Shown: positions 12,220-25,200, counted from the first letter of the stretch. The stretch is 64,000 nucleotides of DNA from Macrostomum lignano (GCA_002269645.1 NIVC01000757.1:21036-85035), one strand, 5' to 3'. Numbers and translations are program-made. Notes: generated from the sequence alone by a model not told the origin.

Positions 12220-13147
12220 GGCGCCTTGTGCGTCATTTCTGCGTTCTCAGGTTCTCAGGTTATGTTTGTTTATGGTGAATGATTAACTTAGTAATTCTTA
12301 TTTGCATTTGAATCCATGCCCCGACTGGCCGTGTTCTGCCTACCGCACTGTTTGCCAATGTCGTGAGCTGCTTGGTTTCCAAAAGGGCAGCAAATGACTT
12401 GGATAAATATTGCTCATTGTTTGCTTGGTTACCAAGTACACGACAGACCTCGAAGAATCTACATACATGTTTATTTAAAGTGTTTTCAATGAAGTCAGAG
12501 GCAAACTTAAGATGATAAAGTTTTAGACGAGTTCTTTTTACGAGCTAAAATATACAGACTTTAACCCGTAAAAGTACTCGTAGCTCCTAAGGTGCCCAGA
12601 ACATAAAGTTCAGATCGTGTAAAACTCGACTCGTGTAGTGGCGCCGAAATGCTTAAATACCTGCGACCACAGATAAGAGTATTCCTCACATTTTCTATTG
12701 CATTAGCTGGCATTCTTTCATTCCGGGAAGGCAATCGGTAGATCGTATCTATAAGCCAAAACGCTAGAAGTAAAAATTGAGACATATTTCGACCGTCAAC
12801 GCAAATGTCCTAATGCTTAGTGTTACACAAGTCCAAACTCCTGAGTGAAACGTTTTATTATCATGGCTTTCCCCATAAATGTTTCCTTCTGCCAACAGTT
12901 CAGAAAGACAACGAACAATGGACCCGATGGTACTTTCTCTGTGTGATCTCTGGAGTCACATTCTCAAACTTCTGGCGAGGATCGTTCCTCTGCAATCAGT
13001 ATATTTTATAAGCTAACACACTGTACCACAGACCAAGTAATATAACTAGACTGCGCATGCCGGTATTCCCCACACTAAGGGGTGCATGTCTTGTTTGTCA
13101 TAGAGGAAATGGCACCCTCAGTTTTCCTCCCCCCGATCGATAATGGA

Positions 13148-13446
13148 ACAGTGAGATAGTGCGGTGCCCTGGTCCCCACGAACTTCTACCATTTTAGCGC
13201 CGCAGGCACTCATTTTAGCACCGCAGACACTCATTTTAGCACCGCAGACACTCATTTTAGCACCGCAGACACTCATTTTAGCACCGCAGACACTCATTTT
13301 AGCACCGCAGACACTCATTTTAGCACCGCAGACACTCATTTTAGCACCGCAGAAACTCATTTTAGCGCTGCAGGCACCATTTTAACGCCGCAGCCACTCA
13401 TTTTAGTGAACTGCGTGGGGACCGGGGCACCCCACTATCCCACTGT
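13148..13446. mobile_element. MITE-like element: 33-bp terminal inverted repeats enclosing about 10 copies of a 21-bp repeat (CACTCATTTTAGCACCGCAGA)
   Basis: ACAGTGAGATAGTGCGGTGCCCTGGTCCCCACG (13148-13180) is the reverse complement of 13414-13446 with 3 mismatches. No clear TSD. Confidence 0.7.
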
Positions 13447-13581
13447 CTAAAATCTGTCTAAAATCTCATCAAGCGCACATATGGTTGTACTGACTGCTAA
13501 GTAAAAATGAAAAAAAATATATGGTTGATTAATTAAGAAAACTGATGAATGTGTAGCGAAAAATAATTCAATCAGCATACG

Positions 13582-15020
13582 ATGCAGCAAGCTAAAAAGC
13601 CAGGAAACAGTCACTTCTGCACAGCATTTGTTTGTAGCAACAGGGCCTCAAGTTCGTCAGCAATCTCATTTCACTCCTTCCCGAAGGACAATGATGTTAA
13701 GAAAAAATGGATAGCTGCTCGCCGCCGCAAAGATTTCAAACCTTCAAAGCATTCCAAGGTGTGCTCTGAGCACTTTATTCCAGAGTGTTTTGTGCAATCT
13801 CTAGAAGGATTTCACACCGGATTTGGTGTTGGAATCTTTCTGGACGGGAGGGTCATCGCTACCCACGCTCAATACACTGGGGTCAACTCCAGTGTCTTCC
13901 AAAATGAAGTTCTGGCCATCAGCTCCTGCACTGCAGAGCTTCTCGCCACTGGCGTTACTGGTAAGAACATCATTTTCCATTCGGACAGCCAAGCTGCCTT
14001 GCACGCCATCAGTGGCTGCTGCACCAATTCTGCTACAGTCCTCGATTGTATCAGACTCCTCAACATGTTGGGTTCCACCAACAAAATTACCCAAAATAAC
14101 AAAATTTCCCTCTTACTGACTTCCACCAACAAAATTAACAAAATTACAAAATTACAAAATCACCCACTAACAAAATGAGGGTTCCGGGGCATGTGGGGAT
14201 CCGAGGGAATAAGTTGGCCGACACCCTTGCAAAAGTTGGTGCCTCCGGCTCCTCTCTCGGTCCCGAACCTCTTGTCCCGATTCCCGGCTGTGTCATCGAC
14301 TCGCGCATCAAAGCGTGGATCAGGACTCAGCACCGCTCGACTTGGGCGAACTGCACCACCTGCAGGGAATCCAGAGGCGCTGTCCCTCAGCCCTCTCACC
14401 AGCTCCGGAAGCTCCTCTTGCGCCTCTCGCGTAGAGACATCCGGGCTGCCACCATGACCCTCTCAGGTCACGGCTGCTTCTCTAGGCACCAGTACTTGCA
14501 GGGCAACGCCACCAACGCCATCTGCAGTTTCTGCAACTCAGGTGACGAAACCGCTGAGCATTTCGTCAGCATCTGTCCCGCCTTTACGTGGGCCAGACTC
14601 ACTTACCTCGGGCCACACACATCTATTACTGAAGCGTGCAAACCCGAAAACTTTAACCAGCTCATGCGCTACCTTCGGGCCACCCGCAGGGCTGAACTCT
14701 CCTTTCCAGAGAGCACTATAGCTGCTGGCGACACTGGGGGATTCCCTGGGCGGCGCCAACCCTCCGTCAATAGCGACGCGTCGGCCGTTCAGGGATTAGA
14801 GGAATGGGCGCCCGCGCCTTCCCGCTGTGTCAAGTGTCCCCTCCGGGACAGCCCTGCAGCTAAGTCAAAGTAAGTCGTATTTCGGCCATTGGAACGGAAG
14901 CGACTCTATCCAGAAGCAGTGCCCTCCATTTTTCCCGGCTTTCCGAGTCATTTGAGTGACAGCATTCCTGCGAAGACGAGAAAGACAATGACTTGGAGGC
15001 TTAATAGGCAGTGTCGGCCA
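13582..15020 (+). pseudogene. THAP zinc-finger domain gene (probably transposon-derived), disrupted by a LINE insertion
   Basis: CTAFVCSN...FHSFP...W...VCSEHF (C2CH signature) lies before 13813 and RKRLYPEAVPSIF (AVPxIF box) after 14883. The two halves are in frame once 13814-14883 is removed. Confidence 0.8.
13814..14883 (+). mobile_element. 5'-truncated non-LTR retrotransposon (RNase H + CCHC end; LOA/R1/I-group-like)
   Basis: RNase H motifs SVFQNEVLAI, IIFHSDSQAAL, (W)VPGHVGIRGN..AD.LAK; CxxC..ETAEHF..C knuckle; TAAGTC-type tail; ATTTC repeated at both junctions. Confidence 0.85.
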
Positions 15021-16910
15021 GAGGTGGTTCATGCATCATGCGAGGGTCGCATGGCTGGGCTTCTCGCTCGTCGATCATCTGGGCTATTTTTAGGCTTGCA
15101 GGTCTTTTTCATCTGGGGGAGTTGCTGCCAAGGCTATATGCTTGTTCACGCATCACGCGCGTGTCGGCTGATTTCTCCCAACCTCTTGCTAACGGAACTT
15201 TCGCTTCACTTCAAGAGTACCCAGCAATATTGGCTATTTTTTATATAATGGACACTAAATAAAGTAAACAAGTTGTTTTCTAAGAAGACGCTAAAGTGAA
15301 GTTTTTTCTGACTATGCATACGCTCGTATAATGAGTCCAAAAAGTGACTATAGCTTTGTCTGTTCTTGTCTGCTCTTGGCGCTTGCGTCAACTTTGCTTT
15401 GTGGACAGTTTAGAAAATAGGAATCTTCTGCTGATTACACTTACGCAAAGGCATCAAAAGCACCATTAGAGATCGATGGCGATACGCGTTTAATGATTTA
15501 ACTGTGCGACAGTTGCGATTTGTTGCTACAATTTGCATTGTTATTTAAAAAGTTCTGATGTTCAAGCCAGTTTAATAGTATCCATACTTAATATTCCATT
15601 ATCCAAAATGTTGTCACTTCGAAGGAAAGTTTCTGCAAGAAAAAATGATAGAAATTTAAAAGCAAATTACTAAACTCTATCAATTACGATTTTCCTCATA
15701 GTACTGCTTGTGGTTTTATAGGAAACTAGCAGATTGGTCCCTCATCGGGGAGGTGTAAAGCAGGAGTTTATTAACCTTGATATATCGTATCAAGCTTTCT
15801 TGTTAAAGACCCCTTCTACGAGCTAGCAATCGCAACTCCCCTTGATCCTTTTCATTCCAGCAACTCCTTAAGCCGTGGCATCCTATAACTCAGCTGATTA
15901 AAAGTTGACCATTTTTTTAAAAAATCGTCTATATTATTATTTATCACACTAGTACTAGTACTTTCTGCACTAATTTTTCCGATTCTAAGTTTAGCTAGCA
16001 AGCTCATAAAATGCGGAGTGGACGATAGAAAACTGTCAGTTGCATATTGTTGTCCAGCTACGTAGGCTCTACGTTTCCTAGCTTAGGCTCAAAAAACAAT
16101 AACCGTCATTTGAAACTTTGTCCACTTCACAAGCACTGGCTACTCCAGCGCAGCCCCAAGTACTTATTCAAGCGTAACGCCCTGCTCTTGTTATCTTTGC
16201 CCGTCGAAAATTTGGTTATTTTCTTTTCTCTTTTCCATTTTCTTGCCCATCAGTTTAATTATAAGCCGTGCTCCATTTGATGCAAACAGAATAGACAATG
16301 AAAGCCGTGCGATTAAATTTCCTAGCTTTCGGTTAAAATGAAATTTCATGCACAATGCAGCTCAGCGCTGCAAGATTTACATAGATCAGTGTAAGCAAGT
16401 CTATTCAATGGCGATTTTTTCGACCCCTACAACCTGCATCAAATGATTCACAAATTATTAGCCTACACGAATTCGGTGAGACGTGTAGGTTATTAAGATT
16501 ACCACACGCTTTACTATGATTAATTTATATAATACACCTGAACTTTTCTACCAACGATGCTCTCTACCAAACGCTAAATAAGTATATAATCACTGGAACT
16601 GTCTGGTATGCCAACAACAAGGTTTAAAATTATGACAGTCTATACTATTCTCGTTAATATTCTTGCAAAAACTTTCTCACGATTTCGAGTGTCTATTTAG
16701 AGTGTACTCTTTGTGACGCCTCAATAACAACGGCATAAAAAACACTTCTGGAAAGAACGAGGTCTGAGAATACGAGACACACCAATTACTCGTAGATGAT
16801 GAATTCTAGAAAAAACCATACTCTAAGTGACAGCATAAACTTTCTGGGCGTTTTCATTGGTCCAGCGCGTCATCTATTTATTTTTAGCATTCGATGAACT
16901 CTCAATAAAA

Positions 16911-16918
16911 GTATAAAA
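16911..16918 (+). promoter_or_regulatory. Candidate TATA box of monooxygenase paralogue 2
   Basis: GTATAAAA about 70 nt upstream of the ATG at 16985, the same spacing as in paralogue 1. Confidence 0.4.
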
Positions 16919-16984
16919 ACTCTCAGAGCAGACAGCCGATGCAAGTTTTCAACTGCAATAACCTCAAGCTGCTGAAAAATAACA

Positions 16985-18909
16985 ATGAAAACGACTATGC
17001 TGCTGCTTTCTGTGGCTCTGGCTGCACTGCTCAGCTGCTCTCACGCGCACAAGTCGTTCCAGTCCCGAATCCCGAACGGCGACCGCGTCCCGAACCCGTG
17101 CCAGCCAGGCGCCATCTGGGCCGGAGTCGGACACCAGAGTCCCGCCGGCGCTAACGCCAGAAACCCATTCGGCATGGACTTCAAGGCGGCCGGGCTCCAG
17201 TGGACGGTCGACCTGTGCCGCAAGGACTCGGACGGCGACGGACTCACGAACGGCCAAGAGCTCGGAGACCCCGACTGCGTGTGGAAGGTCGGTGCGGCTC
17301 CAGCGCGAACGACTGGACTGTCCCACCCTGGCATCTGCCCGCTCGACTCCGCGACGTGCAAGAACTCGTGGACCGTGTGTCCGAAGGCCTTCAGCTGTCC
17401 AGCACTGGACGGTGCCAACGTGACCATGAGAAACCTCACCCTCAAACCGACTCCCGTGCCCGCCAATGAGACCACCTACATCTGTCAGGCGTTCGAGCTG
17501 AACAACACAGCCTCTCCGGTTCACCTGATCGGATCGAGGCCGATCATCGACAACAAGAACGTCATGCACCACATGATTATGTACGCCTGCAGTGTCAAGC
17601 CAGAACAGACGCTGTTCGATAATCCAAAACAGTGTTTCATGGCTCTTGGAAACTGCACCGAGATGTTGAACCTCTGGGGTTACGGAGTCAAAGGTGAGTG
17701 CTTCAACAGCAACGCGGGGTTCCGAATCGGCGGTGATGGCTTTCGGTACGGAGTTTTGCAGCTTCACTGGAACAACCCGGCGAGGCATTCAGGCTACACC
17801 GACGCTTCTGGCTTTGCTCTTTACTTTACACAAAACCTGCGACCATACGACTTGGGAACTGTGATGTATGGCGAGGGAAATCTCGTTCTCCCACCGCGAC
17901 AGCCGTTGATCAGCGTGAACCACACCTGCCCTTCGGTGTGCACGAACCGGTACCACAATGAGACTCGCTACATCACCGGGGCAACTATCCACATGCACAC
18001 CTATGGCATTAAAGGACGCATCTCGTTGTGGAGAAACGGAACTATGATTAAAGACCTGTCTCCTCTTCAAGTGTACGATTACAACTCACCGGAGATTCAT
18101 GCTTTCGACCCACCGATCGAATACCGGAAAGGTGACGAAGTAAAGACCGAATGTTATTTTAACACACAAAAAACCAACGTTACTATCTTCTTTGGCGAAG
18201 GTACTAGCGACGAGATGTGCCTTTCATTTCTATATTATTATCCTAACGATGTCTCCGTGAGCACCGACGATAAGCTCGGACGCTGCATCGGTGTGTCGGG
18301 CATCAATTCGTGTTGGTTGCGGAGCCGCATCACTCCTCAAATCGAGAGGGGTTGCAACATCACCGCGATGCGAAACGGTGAAATCCCAAACCGAGTTTAT
18401 TCTGAAATGGCCGCCAACAAGTGCTTCTCTCGAACGGGCTGCGACCCGCTGTGCCGCAACTACCTGGAGAACACTCTCTGGCCCAACAATGCCTGCTACG
18501 ACCCGAAGCGTTCGCGTCAAATGGCCGAAGTGTTGGCTCTGGGTTTATTTCAGCTCAATTCAGCTGTTACTCTGGCCATATCGTCTACTCTGTTCGGTCA
18601 GCGATTTTGCGAGCAGGAGATCAAAATGCTGGCAGAGATGGACCGACCGGCTGCTCCAGATCGTACAACAACCACCGCTAGGCCCCCGCTACTCCAACGT
18701 CGCAGAAGGGCGGCCTGAGCTCGGAGCACCTGCTGATCATCATCGTTGTGTGCAGCTGCCTGGGGTTCATTCTGATTCTGGCTCTGCTAATCTTTCTGTC
18801 AATCAAGTTGAAGGGTGCGAGCTCGGCTGCCGGGCTCAGCAGCGGACAGCAGGGCGCTCCGGACAAGTCGAGCGTCTATAAAGTGTACGACAATGAAGCG
18901 AGTGGCTGA
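16985..18909 (+). CDS. Temptin-domain copper monooxygenase, paralogue 2 (1-bp frameshift at the C-run 18683-18687; 577 aa as given, 641 aa with TM and tail if one C is added)
   Basis: All six Cu ligands are present (HH, H, HxH, M). The shifted frame continues ATPTSQKGGLSSEHLLIIIVVCSCLGFILILALLIFLSIKLKG...VYKVYDNEASG to TGA at 18907-18909. Confidence 0.85.
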
Positions 18910-19379
18910 TGAAGAATCGCTGGTTGGATTCAGCTAACTTTAATCAAAAAGACCAGCTGTGACACGGTGGACGATTGATCAGAGTTTGCTTATTTTTAAG
19001 AAATTTAGGTCTCGAAAATCTTTTTTTAAATGAGCTGTTTAAAAACTATCGATTTTTCACAACACAATTTTTACAAGCGTATATGTGTAAACGGTTTTTA
19101 TTGAATGAAAATTAATCTGGAACATTATAATTTTTCGTATATTTTTAATTTTAATTTGCAAAATAGTTTTTGTCTTACTGATTAAATATACCGCAAAAAC
19201 ATTGAAAATGAAAAGATACGAGTACTACTAGCATCGAATAACTACTTGATCAAAAAAGCTTGTCACTGTTGATGCTGAATCTGTTGATGCCATTCGATGG
19301 ATGGAGCCACCCTAGCAGCGTACATTGTCATTGTCACTGATGACACTGATTGTCACTGATTGTCACGTACATTGTCACT

Positions 19380-19450
19380 GAAGATTTAATCGCCAGTGCG
19401 TTCAGAACCTTCAAGCCTTTCAAATCTCCTGGACCCGATGGTATCTGATT
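19380..19450 (+). mobile_element. Small LINE reverse-transcriptase N-terminal fragment
   Basis: Encodes RTFKPFKSPGPDGI (19419-19445 = FKSPGPDGI), the conserved KSPGPDG motif upstream of non-LTR RT domains, followed by a stop. Confidence 0.55.
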
Positions 19451-19639
19451 TCATGCGAGTTGACAGCGATTCCCAGCACGCCTTTCGTACCGGTGTTACC
19501 GTTTAAAATCTCCGGGGCTCCTGTCAGTTTCGGGTCGCCGAAATGAAGGCATATGATCTAACAGTGTCTGCTACAGTATAGAAGTATGCACTATAAAATA
19601 TACATGATTCTCTGTATAATTACTTTCGTATTATTTACC

Positions 19640-20320
19640 TGCCCAGCGAGAAGCCCGTCACCGAATGTCGGCGGCTGTTGTAGGCGAGTTGAAAATCATT
19701 CAGCACGGAATCCGAGTTAGTTGGTTCCTCAGAATCACACCGCTGTCTCAGTAGATTAATGCACGTTTGGTTGAGGCACTGAGTTTCACCGTTTGTCTGG
19801 GGAAAGTTAGTGATCTGCTCGTACTTAACGACATGATGCTCTACAGAATATTAGAAGCATAAAAGATTACTGCTAAGGTTACCTGTGGTTGGTAAGCGCT
19901 GGTCACTCTTTTTGTGTTTCTCCGGACTGCAGCAGGGCGTCCAAGACAAAGTTGCAACACTCGCGTCCCTGATCACTGAGAATCACCATTAGTCAGCCGA
20001 AAAGCGCAAAAATACTCTTTAACTCGGCTGCGATAGTCAGCGCTTTGATGTTCGGCAACGCCCGAAAAATGGCAAACTTTGTAAACTTGCAGCATACAGT
20101 CAGGGTATACTTGGAACCGTTTGGTGTGGTAGTCGGCATTGTGATGCAGTCCGTGCACAAAAACCCGAAGAGGCGCTCGCATTCCTGGGAACTTCAATGG
20201 GATTCGGTGTTTTGCTCTGGCAATCGGTGTTACAGGTATATCGGCATAGTACCTTGCCGTGAAAAGACTTACGGTGCTTTTCACGCCAACATGGCTTCCT
20301 TGAGAATGAAAGCTCAAGAC
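19640..20320 (-). mobile_element. Degenerate Ty3/Gypsy-type integrase remnant
   Basis: Minus-strand translation across frameshifts gives SHVGVKST..LF.ARYY, DQGRE..N and PQTNGETQCLNQTCINLLRQ...DSVL.DFQLAYNSRRHSVTGFS, matching the LTR-retrotransposon integrase core. Confidence 0.7.
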
Positions 20321-20479
20321 ATTTTCTGTAGAGTATTATATCTCCCAGAAAAGTTATTTAAAATTGTTAACGTACTACTTAAATAGTAGTAATTTGAGGA
20401 GCATGTATAAGGATATGCGCTGAACCATACATATATTCGAATTAACCAATATAAAGAGAGAAATCTCGAGCATGCTAAT

Positions 20480-20860
20480 TTTAGAAATCACCCAATCACG
20501 TGCGACCAACAACTGTCAGTTCAAACCCCACCTTCAAGTCATCATTTGGTTTGCACTCGGGTTGCACCCGGATGAACCAATCAAAGTCTACCAGCTACGG
20601 TAACCAATCATGCGCTTTTACAGTAGACTAGTTGCGCAACTTTCTACCCTGTCATGCTTGACAGCCACCGAATCGTGACCCTTTGACATTTGCGAAGACA
20701 GTGATGTACGACCTCGAGAGAGGTCTGAACGCCTATAAATACAAGTGGTCCGGAACGGACCCGGAGCCACAATTCCTCCGGAAGGAGAAGAGCTCCGAAG
20801 AGGAAGCCACAGTCGGACTTCCTGGACCAATACTCGGTCGGTTGTTGCGGTAAGCCTTCC
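20480..20860 (+). promoter_or_regulatory. LTR-like promoter module 1 (CCAAT boxes, TATAAATA 20734, short leader, GGTAAG donor 20849)
   Basis: Motifs read directly; the LTR origin is an inference. Confidence 0.4.
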
Positions 20861-21739
20861 TTATTTGCGCCTGTTGTTGTTAGAGACGTCTCGCTCAAGT
20901 CCAGTGTGACTTGAGTTTAGTTTGAGTCTGTTGAGACTCTTGAGTCTGTTTAGACTCCACTGGTTGCAGTCTCCAGAAGGACTGCCCCTGATAGATCTTA
21001 GAAGACTATCAGTGGTTTCCGGAGCTATTCCTAGAGTGCATAGAGGCACTGCTAGAAGAAGGAGGCTTAATTAAGACCGCAGTTTGGCGCAGGGTACCCA
21101 TTGTTAATTTGGAAGCTTCCTATTGGTCCGAACGACAGATTCCGGCCGGAAATACTTCTAAAAGAGAGAAGAAGGAAACTCGGACCCGATCGACACCTGA
21201 AGACGTCTAGAAGTCTACGAGATCTACTGAGAAATCTACAGTTGAGAACGACTCAAGAACGAAATCTAAGAATCCGGATTAAAGGTAATTGAATACCTTC
21301 ATTTGATTACTGGGTTGCCTAGCTACAGAGCTAGAAGTGATTGTTCCTTGATTACAGTTGAGGACTGGTAATAAGGAACACATCATTTCTTGCACTTCCT
21401 GCTCAGTAAACAGCACCTTGCGCTTGTCTTCGGGCTGCATGCGCTTACTGCCATCGTTATTTCTCACCATGTAATACAATTCCCCATTGTGGATGCTAAA
21501 ATTTCTGCTCTTTCCCTGATATGACTTTTCAAATTGATTTTTTCTCTCTGGCGTTTAAGTCGACAGGGATTTGTGCGCAGTCACTGTATAGAAGAATGTG
21601 ATGTAACCACGCTCTGGTCGCGGGATAGGGCATGGGAACTTTTTCGAAAGTGCCTCCTATCCCGTGCACCCTCTGCACAGAGCTGTCGAGACTCGGCCAG
21701 GTCTCCGACCGGGCCTGGAGACTCCCGCTCTGCTGCACC

Positions 21740-22400
21740 CCTCCTGCTGCCTTGGTCCCGTCTCCCCTGCCGCCACACCTGCCTTTCCGGAGCCCCCTAC
21801 CCCTTTCTGTACCTCCCCCTCTACCCTATCTCTTCTGTTTTCCGCCCTATTCTTCCTGTACTTTCCCTATCCCCCTCTTTTTGTCTCCCTCTGCACTCTT
21901 TTCCTGCGCTGCCCCCTCTTTCTCTGTGTCTACTTACAGTATTTTGTGTGCTCACCGTCTCCCCATCCCCTCTCAAACTCCCAAACGGTGACGCAAGTCG
22001 TGTGACCCCCTCTCCCCCTCGGTGACTCATCGATGACTCATCCCCCTCTCTTGCGCAACCTTTTCTCATGCCATTGTTCTCCTCCCCAAATTTCTCATGC
22101 GACACCCACCCCACCTCCGCTTCTATTGTTCTCGTTTTTGATTCTTTTGTTCTCTCGACCCCACCAATTATCACATTTTCTCCGATTTTCTCTTTCTTTT
22201 GTTCTCGTTTTCGCACCTAATTATCACCTTTTCTCCAATGTTTACTTTTCTATTGTTCTCAATTCTCCCCAATTATCCCCGTTTTCCAATTCCTTTGTTC
22301 TCGACCCCAGCCCTATTGTTCTCAATGGTTGCTTGTGCAATACTTTCGCGACCACCCGCTGCGCCAATTATCCCCCACCCCACCTCCGGATTGCGCAATT
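21740..22400. repeat. Pyrimidine-rich low-complexity tract
   Basis: Strong C/T bias on the + strand with no consistent unit. Confidence 0.7.
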
Positions 22401-22439
22401 TCCCGATTTCTCATGTTGCTATGCCGGTCTCATGCTTCT

Positions 22440-22862
22440 CATCATGACTCATTCTGACGTCATTCTGCCGGCAGCCAATCAGAGAGAGGGAGCCATGGTA
22501 ACGACCTTGAGGAGGCGGCTGTGAGGTGTATAAAAGGAAGCGATTTCGGCATGAGAATCCTCAGACTCTTCCTCTCCTCGTCCTTCTTTGGACTTGCTGT
22601 CAGATTGAGTTCTGACCCATTCGTCTCTAAGACGAATCCCTGCCGGTCCGCGGTCTGTTACCGCCAAGTTATCCTTAGCTCCCCAAGTGAGCTCGCCTAT
22701 CGGCCAGCGGTCTGATACCGCCCAGCATCATCAGCATCGCCTGATCTACATCAGCGCCTCGTCGCTCCAGCGCATCGCCGCTTCACTGTCTGCCTGACTG
22801 CAGCCTACAGCCGCCACCGGTCACTCCGCCTCTCTCTCTCTCTGTGCAGCTGCCGGTAAGTT
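22440..22862 (+). promoter_or_regulatory. LTR-like promoter module 2 (TGACTCA 22445, TGACGTCA 22455, CCAAT 22475, TATAAAA 22529, GGTAAG donor 22855)
   Basis: Motifs read directly; function is inferred. Confidence 0.4.
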
Positions 22863-24703
22863 CCTGTTACTAATTTGTGCTCTAATTGTCTTTGCTTATC
22901 CGGGGTTTGCCTATTTCCCATTGTCTGATTAGAGAGCTGAGCCAATTGTGATACCGTATCTTTTGCTGTATTTTACTCAATAGTGAAGCCGCCTAATTGC
23001 CTAATTATTCGCCTAAAGGCCTAATTACTAACTACTAACTAACTTCATCATTATTCGATCTTTCACCATCATTTAACTCATGGCTTGCTAAGCCTTTCTC
23101 CCGGGGTGGCAAAGCATAAGGAAGTTTGGGTAAGCTAATGGCCTCTCCCCGTGCAAAGCCCGCCTGTGAGTGCGTGCTGCGGGGCCGCGTGTGCGTGCAG
23201 TAGAGGGATTAGCGAGTCTTGGCACAGAATGACAGTAGGAAGGTTGCAACCCCATGCTGACGCGTCCCTTCGCCCTGAGCAATCTAAACTAGAGACAGTA
23301 CATGTTCGCCTCATACTACTCTTAGTAATCAAAGTCGCAAGTCAGCCTCGCTCACAGCCACAAAGGATCCCCTGCTGAGAAATCCTCCAGGATTGAGCCC
23401 AGAGTTCCCGATCATGCCCCAAGCAGAGTCCCTGTACTCGGCTGCATGCGTCTCCCCTGTTAGCCTAAATCCCCTGGTAACCATTCCAGACGGGGCTCTA
23501 GCCTCGAGAGGTCTGGTAGAAAGATCCAGGTGCGCCAGGTCACATAGAGTGGTTGCAGCCACTCGGTCATACCATGACCGAGTGACCAACTATTGCACCT
23601 TGGCTACAGGTGGGGTCCATGTGGGTCCTTGGCCCTCTGGTCACGAAGCGCTACCAAAGCTACTAATCATGTGGGCGGGACAGTCTGGTGCTGGAGGTCC
23701 GTCAGGTCATTGCCCGGTCATAGGCAGCCTACGGTCATTGCCCCCTCTAGCCAAGCGTTCGTCTCTCAATAGGAGCGGACAGGCGACAAGGGCGGTTACA
23801 TCAAATATTTGATTCAAAGCAGCCATTTGACCAGTAGAAAGTAAGAAAATCGCAAACTGACAATTGCTCATCATATGTTTTTCACTACTTATATGACACA
23901 ATCAAAACATTCGAAATATGCACAGAGACGAAGAATGATGCACAAGTCTGACCAAACCCTAAAGTTAGCCCTCTGGGGGCATGTGAATGAACAAATGTTC
24001 TAGATAGATGAACTTATCGAAAAAAAAGTTTTGCAAGCTAGACTACTCACGTGCTGAGTATAGCTCTTATTTTCTAAGATAATACTCCGCAGAGTCTAGC
24101 ATGGCGGCGATCTCTAACCTTATCTTATGTCATGGTTTTTGATATCCGTGCGGGAGATCGTGAAGAGTTCAGGAGTGGTGATCAGTCACTCGAAAACTCC
24201 CACTTCCAAGACCGCAAGTCTGGGAACAGAATTTAGTGATCACTTACGGTTGCGGCTTGCGGGCTCCTCTTCTTGTATTCCTGTAGCGCGCTGTTCCTGT
24301 CATGGGCTTCTTATTTTCCTCAGGAGTGGATTTCGTCAAGTCTGAAGTCGGCTGTATGTGAGAGCAATTTTAATAAACGTATCAATTCGAATCATCGGCG
24401 TTAAAGGATTCCTCGAGCTCGGAACTCAATATCAGAAATGCGCCCTCACAATATCTAATCAACTCAATAACTATAAGGTCTTCCAAGGAAGGGCGTCTTC
24501 TTCTAGAAATAACGGAATCAGAGTCGTGTGCCCCTGGGTATCAAAAGTCAACGAACGTCTAAGAGTATCGGAATCGGTTAAGTGGATCCTATCCAATCCC
24601 TTAGGAATAGGGACACCTTTAAACTCGTAATTCGACAAGATTAATCGTTAAACAACCGCCGATAATAACTCAGCTCTCAATATGAAATAACAAAGACGTC
24701 TTA

Positions 24704-25200
24704 GAAGGCTTACCAAACGGCAACATATTTCCTCTTAGAGATGTAGTCCCGAGGTGTCCAAACGGTTCCAATTTCTTTGGGACTGCTCAGAGTCTGCGGT
24801 TTTCCAGTCTCGCAGAACGCTTGTATTTATGCACAAATTCATGTAAACCGGTTTTCCCGGTTTAATTGATGAGGTGAAACGGTCAGATTTTAGGAGTTTG
24901 ACCCTTTGACAGTTGTGGTTTGAAGAGTAAAGGCTTGTTTATTTCATTGTACGCCTGTACTATTACCCATGCTTCGCCAATCGCAACTGCCCCCCTCCGC
25001 GCCTCACACCACCTTTTCTCACTCCCTCCATTTTGATTGGTTATACCGTACGAGTACATTGAAAGTCATTCACACTTACAACCCTCCCGTTGTTGATTCA
25101 TTGGTTACACTATAAATGGTAATAATGATTCACCCCTTCGTTATAAATAGTATCATGAGTCATTTCTTCTTTATAAATAGTAACATGAGTCATGACTCAT
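24704..25200 (-). promoter_or_regulatory. LTR-like promoter module 3 (AP-1 sites, CCAAT boxes, ATAAATACAAG, GGTAAGCCTTC donor)
   Basis: On the minus strand it shares two exact 11-mers with module 1 at nearly the same spacing (116 vs 114 nt). Confidence 0.4.

Noticed and set aside
13544-13565. CTGATGA...GAAA resembling a hammerhead ribozyme core
   Set aside because: The intervening bases cannot form stem II and no flanking stems were found.
23090-23460. Possible LINE endonuclease remnant on the minus strand (VAVSE, GVATFLL, SLYC)
   Set aside because: Motifs are too short and scattered across frames to support a call.
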